Below, in pieces: positions 21,470 through 32,298 of a stretch of DNA of 64,000 bases. This stretch comes from an uncultured Chloroflexia bacterium (GTDB lineage: Bacteria; Chloroflexota; Anaerolineae; Fen-1058). The first letter of the stretch is position 1. The number at the start of each line of letters is the position of its first letter. Position numbers and translations under genes: made by a program. The DNA is taken from NCBI GenBank assembly GCA_963844815.1, contig CAWJPR010000003.1, positions 146,419 through 210,418 of the forward strand. Reading direction: 5' to 3'. The notes below the pieces were generated by a model, which was not told the origin of the DNA, made no database searches, and was given only the letters and a program-made list of their open reading frames with translations.

Positions 21470-22013
21470 AAAGGCTGGCGACATTTAGCCAAAGCCCGGC
21501 GGTATTTCGGCGCACACCCTGATCGAGCGCTGCGCCTGTTATTTGCACGGCCAGGGGAGACCTTGTGAGAGCCGTGCCAATCAGCGGTCTAACGAATAAG
21601 GATTGATGCGGCGCGGGTCAGCGAAGCCGCGTGTGTGAAACGGCATAGCCCGCTGCAGTGGAGACGGATCGCGTTGAGAGCCGCCCGGCAAGCTCTGCGT
21701 CACGTAATCCCAAGTTGAACTAAGCCGGGCGAGACAGGCCGTTCTGGAAATTAACGGCCAAGCTGTGTAGGTGCCGCCAGCGGTAGCGGCATTCCTCTGT
21801 CTGAGATTGTACACCCGAATAGCCCACGGAAGCAAACGGCAACCGGGCTGATCGGCTGGCGGGGAGGTAGTCCCTTCGGAAGTCTTTAGCGCTATAATAA
21901 GGCTGGTCGCAGGTTAGTCTTCTGTTTCTGTCTCGTGAAGTCGCCCATCGCGTATGTCGTACGCTCTTCGGAACAACAATCCAACATCTAACTTCTAATC
22001 TGCAACTTCCAAC

Positions 22014-22811
22014 ATGCCATCACTGATCACCAGCCACAGCAACCCCAAGATCAAACAGGCCCGCGCCCTGCGCCAGCGCAAACAGCGCGACGCGGCCGGC
22101 TTGTTCCTGGTTGAAGGGCTCTTCCACATCGGCGAGGCACTGGCCGCGCAGGCTGCGCTTGATGCTCTTTTCTACGCGCCCGACCTGTTGGACAGTGACT
22201 TTGCCGGCCGGCTGATCGATCGCGCTGTGGCGGAGGGTGTTGCGTGTTATGAAACCACCGCCGACATCCTCGCGTCCATCGCCGAGAAAGAGAATCCGCA
22301 GGGCGTAATCGCCGTGGCGCGGCAGCGGCGCGCAAAGCTGGACGATCTCACTCCGCAGAATTTCCCGTGGGGCGCCGCGATCGTTTCTCCGCAGGATCCC
22401 GGCAACGTGGGGACCATCCTCCGCACGATCGATGCGGTGGGCGCCAGCGGCTTGATCCTCCTCGACAGCGGCGTCGATCCCTATCATCCCACCGCCGTGC
22501 GCGCCAGCCTCGGATCGATCTTCTGGTATCCGATCGTCTCCGCTTCCTTCGTCGAGTGGTCACACTGGGCGCAGCGGCAGGGTTATCACATCTATGGCAC
22601 TACGGCCAGGGGAAGTGTGGACTATCGAGAAGTCGAAGCGTACGAGCGGCCGCTGATTGTCCTGCTGGGCAGCGAACGTGAGGGACTCTCGCGCGAACAG
22701 GCTGCCGTCTGTGACCAACTGGTGCGGCTACCCATGCACGGCCACGTCAGTTCACTCAACCTCGCCGTCGCGGCCGGCGTCGTGTTGTACGCCGTGCTGG
22801 AGAAGACTTAA
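22014..22811 (+). CDS. TrmH/SpoU-family RNA 2'-O-methyltransferase (RlmB-like).
   Basis: The SpoU motifs LLDSGVDPYHPTAVRAS, LLGSEREGLS and LNLAVAAGVVLY are present. Confidence 0.82.
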   Translation: MPSLITSHSNPKIKQARALRQRKQRDAAGLFLVEGLFHIGEALAAQAALDALFYAPDLLDSDFAGRLIDRAVAEGVACYETTADILASIAEKENPQGVIAVARQRRAKLDDLTPQNFPWGAAIVSPQDPGNVGTILRTIDAVGASGLILLDSGVDPYHPTAVRASLGSIFWYPIVSASFVEWSHWAQRQGYHIYGTTARGSVDYREVEAYERPLIVLLGSEREGLSREQAAVCDQLVRLPMHGHVSSLNLAVAAGVVLYAVLEKT

Positions 22812-22909
22812 GTAATGACAGGTAGGGCAGGTTGCCGTCATTGCGAGCCGCGCAGCGGCGAAGCAATCTCCAACCCCGCAGAGCAAGATCGCCTCGGCGC
22901 AAAAAGACT

Positions 22910-23884
22910 TCACTCCGTTTTCACCACACACACCTTGAGGTAAGGCTGCGCGCCGGGGGCCGCCGGAAAATCGAGGTTGGGCTCATGCCGCGTCTCGACG
23001 ATCCTGGCGGCCACTCCCGCCAGGCCTTCGCGCACACGGCTCACAAATCCCCGCTGCGGCAACTGTTCGTAGTTCGTGCAGGCGATCAAAGTCCCGCCCG
23101 GCTGCACGACTGGCGCGGCTAACGCCACCAACCGGGCCGTATCTTGCTCCACTGCAAAGCGCGTCTCGTGGGTGGTGGAATAACTCGGCGGATCGAGGAT
23201 CACCACGTCAAACTTCTGCCCGCGCCTGCCCAAGCGCTTTAGCCAGTCAAACACATCGCCCTTCACAAAATCGGTTGGCACGGTCGCAAAACCGTTAAGT
23301 TCCACGTTCTCACGTCCCCAATCAAGGTAGCGACGCGAAATGTCCAGGTTGAGCACGCGCGCCGCGCCTCCCTGCAAGGCCGCCACGCCAAACGCACACG
23401 TGTACGCAAAGCAATTCAGCACCGTCTTGCCGGCGGCGCTGGCGCGCACGAACTCGCGCGCTTCGCGCATGTCCAGAAACAAGCCGGGATTCAAACCCTG
23501 GGCCGGGCGGATGATGAAACGCGCTCCGCGCTCAATCACATCCAGGCGCTCGACCGGCGAGCCAATCAGCGGCTCGATGGGGGTGAGCGCGCGCTGCGCT
23601 CGATCATCAAGCACATTGCCCTGCACCGGCCGATATTTGACGTAAACGGCTGCGGCCCCAACCCGGTCGGCCAACGCCTGCAACACGGCTCGCGGCGGCG
23701 AGACCTTCACGCCCTGGCTGTAGACATGCGCCACGAGCACAGCGCCATAGCGATCGACGGCCAGATCAGGAAAGCCATCACCCGCGCGATTGACCAAGCG
23801 GTAGGCATTGGTGTTCGCCGAAGTGTGCAGGGGAGCGCGGCGCTGCCAGGCTGTATCCAATTTGGAGGGTAGATCAGAGGACAT
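22910..23884 (-). CDS. Class I SAM-dependent rRNA methyltransferase (RlmI/RlmK-like).
   Basis: It has a PUA-like N-terminus and a SAM-binding VLNCFAYTCAFGVAA...VLNLDIS motif. Confidence 0.75.
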   Translation of the reverse strand: MSSDLPSKLDTAWQRRAPLHTSANTNAYRLVNRAGDGFPDLAVDRYGAVLVAHVYSQGVKVSPPRAVLQALADRVGAAAVYVKYRPVQGNVLDDRAQRALTPIEPLIGSPVERLDVIERGARFIIRPAQGLNPGLFLDMREAREFVRASAAGKTVLNCFAYTCAFGVAALQGGAARVLNLDISRRYLDWGRENVELNGFATVPTDFVKGDVFDWLKRLGRRGQKFDVVILDPPSYSTTHETRFAVEQDTARLVALAAPVVQPGGTLIACTNYEQLPQRGFVSRVREGLAGVAARIVETRHEPNLDFPAAPGAQPYLKVCVVKTE

Positions 23885-23909
23885 GGCGTAAACCAACCAG
23901 AAGACCGCC

Positions 23910-24410
23910 CTAAGGCGTCTTTTCCCGGAAGTACAACAGCAGATCGAGATCGCCCGGCGACTGCCCGTAGGCCGTTAAGGCGATCCCCGCCTCCGCCCTA
24001 AACTGTGTGCCGTGATTGACCACGTGCGCCAGCAAATTCCACAGCACGTTCTCAAACGGCACACCTTTGGTGGTCTTGTACTGCACGGTTTGATGAAGTG
24101 CTTCGTCGCTGAGCGAGTTCAAATAGGCGCGCATCTTCTGCTCTTCGTCCCGCCAGAGCTCGCGCAGCATATCCTGCGTAGGGAACCCCGCTTCATCCGG
24201 CAAAGCCGAGGGCGAGAGGCCTTCCGCGCAGCGCGAGCGCCATACCATCTCGGCACCCAATATGTGCACCAACGCCCCGCGCACACTGCCATGACTCAAC
24301 CCGACAGGCGCTGTGAACTGATCGAGGGTGAGTTTGGCCGCCGCGTTCAACACGCGCGCATTCGCCCAGTAATTGTAATCATACAGCGTGAGAATATCAT
24401 TCTTGTTCAT
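23910..24410 (-). CDS. DinB-family (DinB_2) protein.
   Basis: The product begins MNKNDILTLYDYNYWANARVL and carries LLAHVVNHGTQFRAEAG. Confidence 0.75.
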   Translation of the reverse strand: MNKNDILTLYDYNYWANARVLNAAAKLTLDQFTAPVGLSHGSVRGALVHILGAEMVWRSRCAEGLSPSALPDEAGFPTQDMLRELWRDEEQKMRAYLNSLSDEALHQTVQYKTTKGVPFENVLWNLLAHVVNHGTQFRAEAGIALTAYGQSPGDLDLLLYFREKTP

Positions 24411-24446
24411 CCGTGCCCTCCTGCGCGACCTAAATTGCTCAGCCGG

Positions 24447-24851
24447 TTAACGGCTGCGCGGTACGGTCGTCCACACCGCTGACGCGAGCAGCAGCACCGC
24501 TCCCGGCACGAAAACTATCCCAAAACTGAATCCCGTAATGATCGCTACCATGAAGCTGAAAAAAGTTCCTCCCCAGCGAACAAGCAGTATTCGTCTGCGG
24601 TTTGTGTCTTGAGCGCTGCCCACGGCCAAGACACCTGCCCCGATCATTGCGATCAGGATGCCATATCCTAATGCATTGCCGCCCAGTTGAATGTAAGAAA
24701 TTCGGCCGCAGATCAGTTCGCCGCCTGCCTGCCTCGAGCAATTCCCCAGCACAGGCAGAAACAAGACCGCCAACGCTGCGGAGATCTGTACCAATCCGCC
24801 CACGATGGCGAATACTGCTGCGACTCTTGATCGTCTGGCGGGTGCTGCCAC
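24447..24851 (-). CDS. Small membrane protein.
   Basis: The 134-aa product has 3-4 hydrophobic segments. Coding status is tentative. Confidence 0.35.
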   Translation of the reverse strand: MAAPARRSRVAAVFAIVGGLVQISAALAVLFLPVLGNCSRQAGGELICGRISYIQLGGNALGYGILIAMIGAGVLAVGSAQDTNRRRILLVRWGGTFFSFMVAIITGFSFGIVFVPGAVLLLASAVWTTVPRSR

Positions 24852-24863
24852 AGGTGTGCGCCG

Positions 24864-25349
24864 CTACAGTTTGTATCCGATCTTCCGCAGGAAGTCCTTG
24901 CGCCACGCCACGTCGGCATCGGTCTCGATGCCCTTGGTGCGCTCGCCGTCGATCACGCCCAGGATACCGCGTCCCTGCTCGCTCTCCGCAATGATGACCT
25001 GCACGGGATTGCCGGTGGCGCAGAAGATGCGGCACACCTCCGGCGCCAGCTTCACCGCGTTGAGCACGTTGATCGGAAAGAAGCCCGCACCCAGGAAGAT
25101 GATGAAGGAGTGTCCCGCACCCAGGGTCAGCGCGTTCTTTTTCGCCAGTTCCACCAGCGCTGCATCCGTCCCCGACGCGCGCACCAGCGACACGCCGCTC
25201 GCCTCGCAGAACGCCAGCCCGAACTTGATGCCCGGCACGGCTTGCACCAGCGCCTCGTGCAGGTCCTCTACCGTCTTGATGAAGTGCGACTGGCCGAGAA
25301 TGACATTCATATCTTCCGGCTTATCGAGTGCGATCAGTTGGAGTTCCAT
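24864..25349 (-). CDS. Conserved hypothetical protein (possibly adenosine-specific-kinase-like, PF04008).
   Basis: The 161-aa ORF has good codon usage, but the family assignment is uncertain. Confidence 0.45.
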   Translation of the reverse strand: MELQLIALDKPEDMNVILGQSHFIKTVEDLHEALVQAVPGIKFGLAFCEASGVSLVRASGTDAALVELAKKNALTLGAGHSFIIFLGAGFFPINVLNAVKLAPEVCRIFCATGNPVQVIIAESEQGRGILGVIDGERTKGIETDADVAWRKDFLRKIGYKL

Positions 25350-25428
25350 GTTTACCTCACCTGAATGTTGAATGTGGAATGTTGAATGCGGAATGAAAAT
25401 TCTACATTCCGAGTTCCAAATTCCGAAT

Positions 25429-25770
25429 TTAGCCGGGCGGCCAGTGCAGCGCGCGACCGCCCAGCAGATGCACGTGCAGGTGAAACACCGATTGCCCCGC
25501 CTGCATGCCGGTGTTGATCACCAGCCGGTAGCCCTGGCTCAAATTCTCCTGCTGCGCGATCGCTTTGGCGGTGGTGATCATCCGCCCGATCAGATCTTCA
25601 TCCTCGGCAGTGGCCTCGGCCACCGATCCGATGTGCTTCGCCGGGATGATCAGGATGTGCGTCGGCGCCTGCGGGTGGATGTCGCGAAACGCGATCACGT
25701 CGTCGCCGCGATAGACAATCGCCGCGGGTCGTTCACCGGCGGCGATCTGGCAGAACAGGCACGAGCTCAC
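25429..25770 (-). CDS. HIT (histidine triad) family protein.
   Basis: The HIT motif HLHVHLLGG is present, and the N-terminus reads CLFCQIAAGE. Confidence 0.88.
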   Translation of the reverse strand: MSSCLFCQIAAGERPAAIVYRGDDVIAFRDIHPQAPTHILIIPAKHIGSVAEATAEDEDLIGRMITTAKAIAQQENLSQGYRLVINTGMQAGQSVFHLHVHLLGGRALHWPPG

Positions 25771-26429
25771 GGTTTCACCTCGCTCACCTTCAGATTGTCG
25801 AACGCAATCTGCACACCGGCGTTGTCGAACAATGTCCCGGCCGTCACGCCGATATTCCCGGCGGGGAAATCGCCGTCACTGAAGGTCTTCACCGTTTCGC
25901 CGTTGACGTTGAACGTGAATTGACGGCCCTGGGCGATCACCTGCAGGTGATTCGTGGCATGGCCCTGCTTGACGGCCGGCGTTTCGACGTAGTCCTGCAC
26001 TTTGGTCCACACGCCGTCTTTGCGCTTGGACACGGCGTAGTAGCCGTCGCCGCTGATGTCGAGCCGATAGAAGTTGCGATCATCCTGATAGCGGAAGATC
26101 ACGCCGTAGGTGTTGTCGTCCGGGCCGGCGACCTGCTGCGCGTCCACATCCAGCACAAAATCGCCGAAGCGTTTATCCCTGGGCGTCGACCACGCGATGG
26201 TGTCGAGATCGTCGATTTTGAAGTGCAGCGCGCCGGCCTGCACGCCGATCTTGATCGCCTCGTCGCTGGCGGTCTTCCAGCCGCCGTCGGCCGTGGAGAA
26301 ATCTTCGGCATAGGGTAAGGGCGTCAAGGCCGGCCCGCAAGCCGCCAGCGTGAATGCGCACAGCACGATGATCAAGAACAGAAATCGCCGCACAACAAGG
26401 CTCCGTATTCTGCACGCTGCATTCCGCAT
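25767..26429 (-). CDS. Lipoprotein of unknown function.
   Basis: A signal peptide with a lipobox (FLFLIIVLCAFTLAAC) is present. The start overlaps the HIT stop by 4 nt. Confidence 0.55.
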   Translation of the reverse strand: MRNAACRIRSLVVRRFLFLIIVLCAFTLAACGPALTPLPYAEDFSTADGGWKTASDEAIKIGVQAGALHFKIDDLDTIAWSTPRDKRFGDFVLDVDAQQVAGPDDNTYGVIFRYQDDRNFYRLDISGDGYYAVSKRKDGVWTKVQDYVETPAVKQGHATNHLQVIAQGRQFTFNVNGETVKTFSDGDFPAGNIGVTAGTLFDNAGVQIAFDNLKVSEVKP

Positions 26430-28592
26430 TCAATTCAACTGCCGTTTCACTTCAATCACATTCGGCAGCCGCTCGATGCGATCCATCAACTTGGACAACT
26501 GCGCTGTGCCGGCAATTTCCAGCGTGGCGACAAAGGTGGCCAGGTTCTTGTTGGTCGTTACGTGCACGCTGCTCATGCTGACGTTTTCACCGGCCACCAC
26601 AGTCGCTACGTCGCGCAGCAGGCCGTCGCGATCGTAAGCCGAAATTTTGATCGTCACCGGATACGTGCGCTGGCTGGTGCCCCAGGAAACTTCGATCAAC
26701 CGCTCGGATTCGGAACTATTCAACATGTTGACGCAGTTGGCGTGATGAATCGTCACGCCGCGCCCGCGGGTTACAAAGCCCACAATCGGATCGCCCGGCA
26801 CCGGCTTGCAGCACTTCGCCAGTTGGGTCAGCATGCCGCCCGTGCCGCGCACCGCCAGCCCGGCCACTTCCGGCCTGGACACCGGCACCATGGGCACCGG
26901 CTCCTCCGGCGGCGGATTCGCCTTGCGATCGGCTTCGATGACTTTGCTGACGATCGCCTGCGAACTGATGTCACCGCCGCCGATCTTCTCAAAAAAGTCG
27001 TCCACCTTGTCGAAGCCGAACAGCTTCGCGACGGAATCGTGCGACATGGCGTCCAGGCTCAGGCGGTGCAGTTCGCGTTCCACCACATCCCGACCCTGCG
27101 CGATGTTCTGCTCGCGATCCTGCTTCTTGAACCACTGTTTGATCTTGGTGCGCGCGCGCTGCGTCTTGACGTAGCCCAGATTGGGATTGAGCCAGTCGCG
27201 GCTGGGACCGCCGCGTTTGGCCGTGATGATCTCCACGCGATCGCCGGTCTTCAAGGGATAATCAAGCGACACCAGCGCGCCGTTCACGCGCGCACCCCGG
27301 CAGCGATCGCCGATGTCGGTGTGGATGTGATAGGCAAAGTCAATCGGCGTGCTGCCGGTGGGCATATCCACCAGCTTGCCCTTGGGCGTGAACACGTAGA
27401 CGCGATCCTGAAAGACGTCGGAACGCAGCGAATCGACGAACTCCCGCGCATCGCCCACGTCGTGCCGCCAGTCCATCAGCGAGCGCAGCCACGCAATCTT
27501 CTCTTCGTATCTCGGATCGCGCTTGCCGCCTTCCTTGTAACGCCAGTGCGCGGCAATGCCCAGCTCGGCGCTTTCGTGCATCTCGCGCGTGCGAATCTGC
27601 ACTTCCAGCGTCCGGCCCTCGTCGGCCACCACCGCGGTGTGCAGGCTCTGATACAGGTTGTCTTTGGGATTGGCGATGTAATCGTCGAACTCGCCGCTGA
27701 TGGGCCGCCACATCGAGTGCACGATGCCCAGCGCCGCGTAACACTGGGGCATCGTGTCCACCAGCACGCGAATGGCCCGCACGTCATATACCTGCTCGAA
27801 CGAGCCTTTGCGTTCCATCTTCTTCCAGATGCTGTAAATGTGTTTGGGACGTCCCGTGATTTCGGCGTTGATGCCCTCGGCCTTCAGGCGTTCCTGCAGC
27901 TTGAGGCTGACTCGTCGAAGATACTCTTCCCGATCGGGCCGCTTCTCGTCGATGAGCTGCGCGATCTCTTTATATTTGTCAGGATACTGGTGGCGGAAGC
28001 CCAGGTCTTCCAGTTCCCACTTCATCTGCCAGATGCCCAACCGATTGGCCAGCGGCGCGAAGAGTTCCAGCGTTTCCTGCGCGATGCGCTGGCGGCGCTC
28101 TTCAGGCAGCACGCCCAGCGTGCGCATGTTGTGCAGCCGATCGGCCAGCTTGATCAAGATCACGCGTGGATCGTCCACCATCGCCAGGAACATCTTGCGC
28201 AGCGATTCCAGTTCGCGCTCGTCATACGATCGGGCCGCCTGTGAATCCAGATGATCGAATTGGCCCAGCTTGGTCACGCCCTCCACCAGGCTCAGCACTT
28301 CTTTCCCGAATTCCTTTTCCATTTGTTCGCGGGTGTAGGCGGTGTCTTCCAGCGTATCGTGCAGCAAGCCCGCGGCGATGGTGGGCGCATCCAGGCCGAG
28401 GCCGGTCAGGATGTTGGCGACAGCCAGGCAGTGCTGCACGTACGGCTCGCCCGAGGTGCGTTTCTGGCCTTCGTGCGCCTGGTCGGCCACCTGGTAGGCG
28501 CGCAGCACCAGATCATGACCGGCATTGCTGCGCAGCGCGGGAATGTCTTGTTCGAGCAGGGCCTCGATGTTGAGGGTGGGATACTTTGGCAT
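26430..28592 (-). CDS. rel: Bifunctional (p)ppGpp synthetase/hydrolase, RelA/SpoT family.
   Basis: It has an HD domain (HDTLEDT), a RelA/SpoT synthetase domain, TGS and ACT. The start was set at MPKYPTLNIE. Confidence 0.88.
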   Translation of the reverse strand: MPKYPTLNIEALLEQDIPALRSNAGHDLVLRAYQVADQAHEGQKRTSGEPYVQHCLAVANILTGLGLDAPTIAAGLLHDTLEDTAYTREQMEKEFGKEVLSLVEGVTKLGQFDHLDSQAARSYDERELESLRKMFLAMVDDPRVILIKLADRLHNMRTLGVLPEERRQRIAQETLELFAPLANRLGIWQMKWELEDLGFRHQYPDKYKEIAQLIDEKRPDREEYLRRVSLKLQERLKAEGINAEITGRPKHIYSIWKKMERKGSFEQVYDVRAIRVLVDTMPQCYAALGIVHSMWRPISGEFDDYIANPKDNLYQSLHTAVVADEGRTLEVQIRTREMHESAELGIAAHWRYKEGGKRDPRYEEKIAWLRSLMDWRHDVGDAREFVDSLRSDVFQDRVYVFTPKGKLVDMPTGSTPIDFAYHIHTDIGDRCRGARVNGALVSLDYPLKTGDRVEIITAKRGGPSRDWLNPNLGYVKTQRARTKIKQWFKKQDREQNIAQGRDVVERELHRLSLDAMSHDSVAKLFGFDKVDDFFEKIGGGDISSQAIVSKVIEADRKANPPPEEPVPMVPVSRPEVAGLAVRGTGGMLTQLAKCCKPVPGDPIVGFVTRGRGVTIHHANCVNMLNSSESERLIEVSWGTSQRTYPVTIKISAYDRDGLLRDVATVVAGENVSMSSVHVTTNKNLATFVATLEIAGTAQLSKLMDRIERLPNVIEVKRQLN

Positions 28593-28678
28593 GGTACGAA
28601 TTGTAGCACAGGCGTCGGGCTGCGTACTATAATTGAGCCACGAGATTGGCAATCGCGATCATACTCAGGAATAAAAAC

Positions 28679-31519
28679 ATGACAACCGATCAACCCGCCA
28701 CAACCTTTGAACCACCGCGCGCGGCGGCTTCGGCCGGCGGCGGGGTGCCGCCGTATCGCCAGACTGTCGCCACGGTCGTTAGCCCGATTATCACAGCGAT
28801 GCGGCACGCGGGCTGACCTCGGCCGCCGCCAGAGACGCACTGGCGCATGCGGCCCCAACGAGCTGCCCACGATTCCACCCGAGCCAGCCTGGAAACGATT
28901 CCTGGCGCAGTTCCAAAATCCACTCACCATGCTGCTCATCGTCGCCACGGTGATTTCATTCGTGGCGTGGGTCATCGAAGAAGAGGGCGGGTTGCCCTAT
29001 GAAGCGCTGACCATCCTCGCCATCGTCATCCTCAATGCGGTGCTGGGTTACATGCAGGAGAATCGCGCCGAGCAGGCCGTGGCGGCGTTGCAGGCGATGG
29101 CCGCGCCGCTGCGCGCGTGCTGCGTGATGGCCAGCAGCAGCAGATTCCCACGCGCGAAGTGGTGCCCGGCGACATCTTGCTGATTGAAGAGGGCGACACG
29201 TTGGCCGCCGATGGGCGCGTCATCGAATCGATCGCGCTGCGGGTGGCCGAAGCCGCGTTGACGGGTGAGAGCACGTCGGCGTCCAAGGACAGCGAGCCCA
29301 TCGTCGACGAGGTGGGCATCGGCGATCAGCAGAACATGATCTTCAGCGGCACGGCGGTGACCTCGGGGCGCGGGCGAGCGATCGTGACGCACACCGGGCC
29401 GGATACGCAGATCGGCAACATTGCGGGCACCTTGCAGCAGCAACAAGAAGAACCCACGCCGCTGCAAAAAGAACTCGATCGCGTGGGCAAGCTGCTCGGG
29501 CGGATTGTGATCGCGATCGCCATCATCATGGGCCTGACGTTGCTCATCGTTAATCGCCAATCCCGATCGCTGGATCAGCTCGTCGATATTTTGCTGCTGT
29601 CGGTGTCGCTGGCCGTGGCCGCCGTGCCGGAAGGCTTGACGGCGATCACGACCATCGTGCTGTCGTTGGGCATGTCGCGCATGGCCAAGCGCAATGTCAT
29701 CGTCCGTAAGTTGAGTGCCGTGGAGACGCTGGGCTCCACAACGGTGATCTGCACCGATAAGACCGGCACGCTGACCAAGAATGAGATGACCGTGCGCACG
29801 GTGGTGGTGCCGCTGGGCCGCGTGGAACTTACGGGCGGCGGTTACGATCCTGTCGGTGAAGTGCAGTATCAGGGTCAGACGTTGGCCGAAGGTGATCTGC
29901 TGCGGCAAGTCAGCGGACACTGCGTTTCGCCGCGCTGGCGAATAATGCGGCACTTCTGCAGCAGGATGGACGCTGGATGGTGCAGGGTGATCCGACCGAA
30001 GGCGCGCTGGTGGTGGCAGCGCGCAAAGCGGGCATGACCGAAGAAGATTTGTCCGAGCGTTACACGCGCGTGGGCGAAGTGCCGTTCTCGTCGGAACGCA
30101 AGATGATGAGCACTGCGTTGGAGGATGCCGAGCGCGAAGACATGATTGCCGTGGCCTCCAAGGGCGCGCCCGATGTGCTGCTGGCCCGCTGCACCCATGA
30201 GCGGACAGGCGGTAAAGAACATCTGCTCACGCCGCACGCCGCGCCGAAATTCAGGCCGAGATCGATCGGTTGGCCGAGGACGCGCTGCGCACGATCGGCG
30301 TGGCGTACCGCTGCTGCATAAAGATGCGGTCAGCGATACCATCAGCGAGGATGCCGAACGAGAATTAGTGTACCTGGGCGTGGTCGGTATGATTGATCCG
30401 CCGCGTGCGGAGGCCGAGCGAGGCGGTAGAGGTGGCGCGCCGCGCAGGGGATGCGCTCCATCATGATCACGGGCGATCATCCCACGACGGCGGCGGCCAT
30501 CGCCGCCGAACTGGGCATCATGGCCAAAGGACAACGCGCGGTCACGGGTATGAATTGCAGAAGACGGACGATCAACGTCTGCGTAAATTGGTCAAGGAGA
30601 CCGCGGTGTTTGCGCGGGTCGCGCCAGAGCACAAGCTGCGCATCGTGCGCGCCCTGAAAGCCGATGGGGACATCGCGGCGATGACGGGTGACGGGGTCAA
30701 TGACGCGCCCGCGCTGAAAGCGGCAGACATCGGCGTGGCGATGGGCATCACCGGCACGGACGTATCCAAGGGCGCAGCCGATATGATCTTGACCGATGAT
30801 AACTTCGCTTCGATCGTGGCCGCGGTGGAAGAGGGCCGCTCGATCTTTGCCAATATCCAGAAGTTCCTGCGCTATCTGCTGTCGTCCAACATCGGTGAAG
30901 TGCTGGTGATGTTTTTCGGCGTGGTGCTGGCCAACACGATCGGCTTACTGCCCGAAGAAGGCTCATCCATCATCGTGCCCTTGTTGGCGACACAGATTTT
31001 GTGGATCAACTTGCTCACCGATTCCGGCCCCGCGCTGGCGTTGGGCGTGGAACCGGCCGATCCCCATGTGATGAAGAAGCCCCCGCGCGATCCGCGCACC
31101 CGTGTGATTACGCGCCGATGTGGTTCGACATCTTCTTCGTCGGCGTCATCATGATGATCGGCACATTAGGCGTCATGGACTGGGCGTTGCCCGCGGGCTT
31201 GATTCCGGGCGGCACGGGCGATATGAAGTATGCACAGACACTGGCTTTTACGACCCTGGTGTTCTTTCAATTATTCAACGCGCTGAATGCTCGCTCGGAT
31301 GAAGACAGCGCGTTCAAGGGATTGTTCAGCAACAAGTGGTTGTGGCTGGCGCTGTTCATCTCGGTGCTGCTGCAAATCGCCGTGATTTACCTGCCATTCC
31401 TGCAAACGCCGTTCAATACCGTGCCGCTCAGCGCGCAGGACTGGCTGCTGTGCATCCTGGTGGGCAGCACCGTAATGTGGCTGCGTGAACTGGTGAAGGT
31501 GTTTCAGCGGCGGCGCTGA
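28679..31519 (+). pseudogene. Ca2+/cation-transporting P-type ATPase (type II) disrupted by at least 10 single-base frameshifts.
   Basis: The conserved blocks lie in changing frames: [74 protein letters not shown], and the C-terminal TM region. Frame switches fall near 28815, 28850, 29107, 29907, 30235, 30310, 30415, 30445, 30545 and 31105. There are no large deletions. Confidence 0.8.
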
Positions 31520-31662
31520 CCGGGGCCGGTTGTTCAAGGGTCTGCCGCTGTGGTAGGATTGCGGGGGAAATGACTAATGACCACATAACAAAGAGCAATG
31601 GTAATGAACCATAGCGGCCAACCGTTGTATTTCATTGGTACCCATCAGTTAACACGACAACT

Positions 31663-32217
31663 ATGCGCGTCATTTCTGGCGCGGCCAAAGGCCGCAACCT
31701 CCAATCAGTTCCCGGCGATTCTACCCGCCCCATCACCGACAGGGTGAAGGAGGCGCTGTTCAACATCTTCGGCGCGGATATCGTCGAGGCCCGCTTTCTC
31801 GATCTGTTCGGCGGCACGGGCGGCGTGGGCATCGAGGCGCTCAGCCGCGGGGCAGCGCACGCCGTCTTCGTCGAGAAGAACCGCAAGGCGCAGGAAACCA
31901 TCAAGGCAAATCTGCTGCTCACCCGGTTGAGCGAACGCGCCGAGATCGTGCGCGGCGATGCGTTTGCCTATTTGCGGAATGTGCCGCAGCCGTTCCACTA
32001 CATCTACATCGCGCCGCCGCAGTATCAGCGCCTGTGGATCGACGCGCTGACGCTGCTCGACGAGCAGCCCGGCTGGCTGGCCGACGACGGCGAAATCATC
32101 GCGCAGATTCATCCCAAGGAATACGAAGCCGCGCCGCTGGAGCATTTCGAGGAGATCGAGCAGCGCCAGTACGGCAGCACCCTGCTGGTGTTTTACGAGC
32201 ACAAGCAGGCCGCATGA
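31663..32217 (+). CDS. rsmD: 16S rRNA (guanine966-N2)-methyltransferase RsmD.
   Basis: The product reads MRVISGAAKGRNLQSVPGDSTRPITDRVKEALFNI...LDLFGGTGGVGIEALSRGA. Confidence 0.82.
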   Translation: MRVISGAAKGRNLQSVPGDSTRPITDRVKEALFNIFGADIVEARFLDLFGGTGGVGIEALSRGAAHAVFVEKNRKAQETIKANLLLTRLSERAEIVRGDAFAYLRNVPQPFHYIYIAPPQYQRLWIDALTLLDEQPGWLADDGEIIAQIHPKEYEAAPLEHFEEIEQRQYGSTLLVFYEHKQAA

Positions 32218-32298
32218 AGCAGGAGCAGGATGCATGAAGCATTCTGAGCGGAGCGTAGCGGAGGCGAAGAATGCGGTAGGCATGGTGCAAGAAGCACG

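Noticed and set aside
21500-21900. Possible structured ncRNA (RNase P RNA, tmRNA or SRP RNA) in the long non-coding interval.
   Set aside because: None of the universally conserved motifs was found on either strand. These are the RNase P GGAAAGUCCGGGCUCC / ACAGAACCCGGCUUA motifs, the tmRNA tRNA-like 3' end, and the SRP GGAAGCAGCC motif. The interval is more likely decayed IS sequence.
26562-28244. 560-aa plus-strand ORF.
   Set aside because: It is antisense to relA/spoT and its Arg/Ala-rich composition is non-coding in character. The relA frame carries all the domain motifs.
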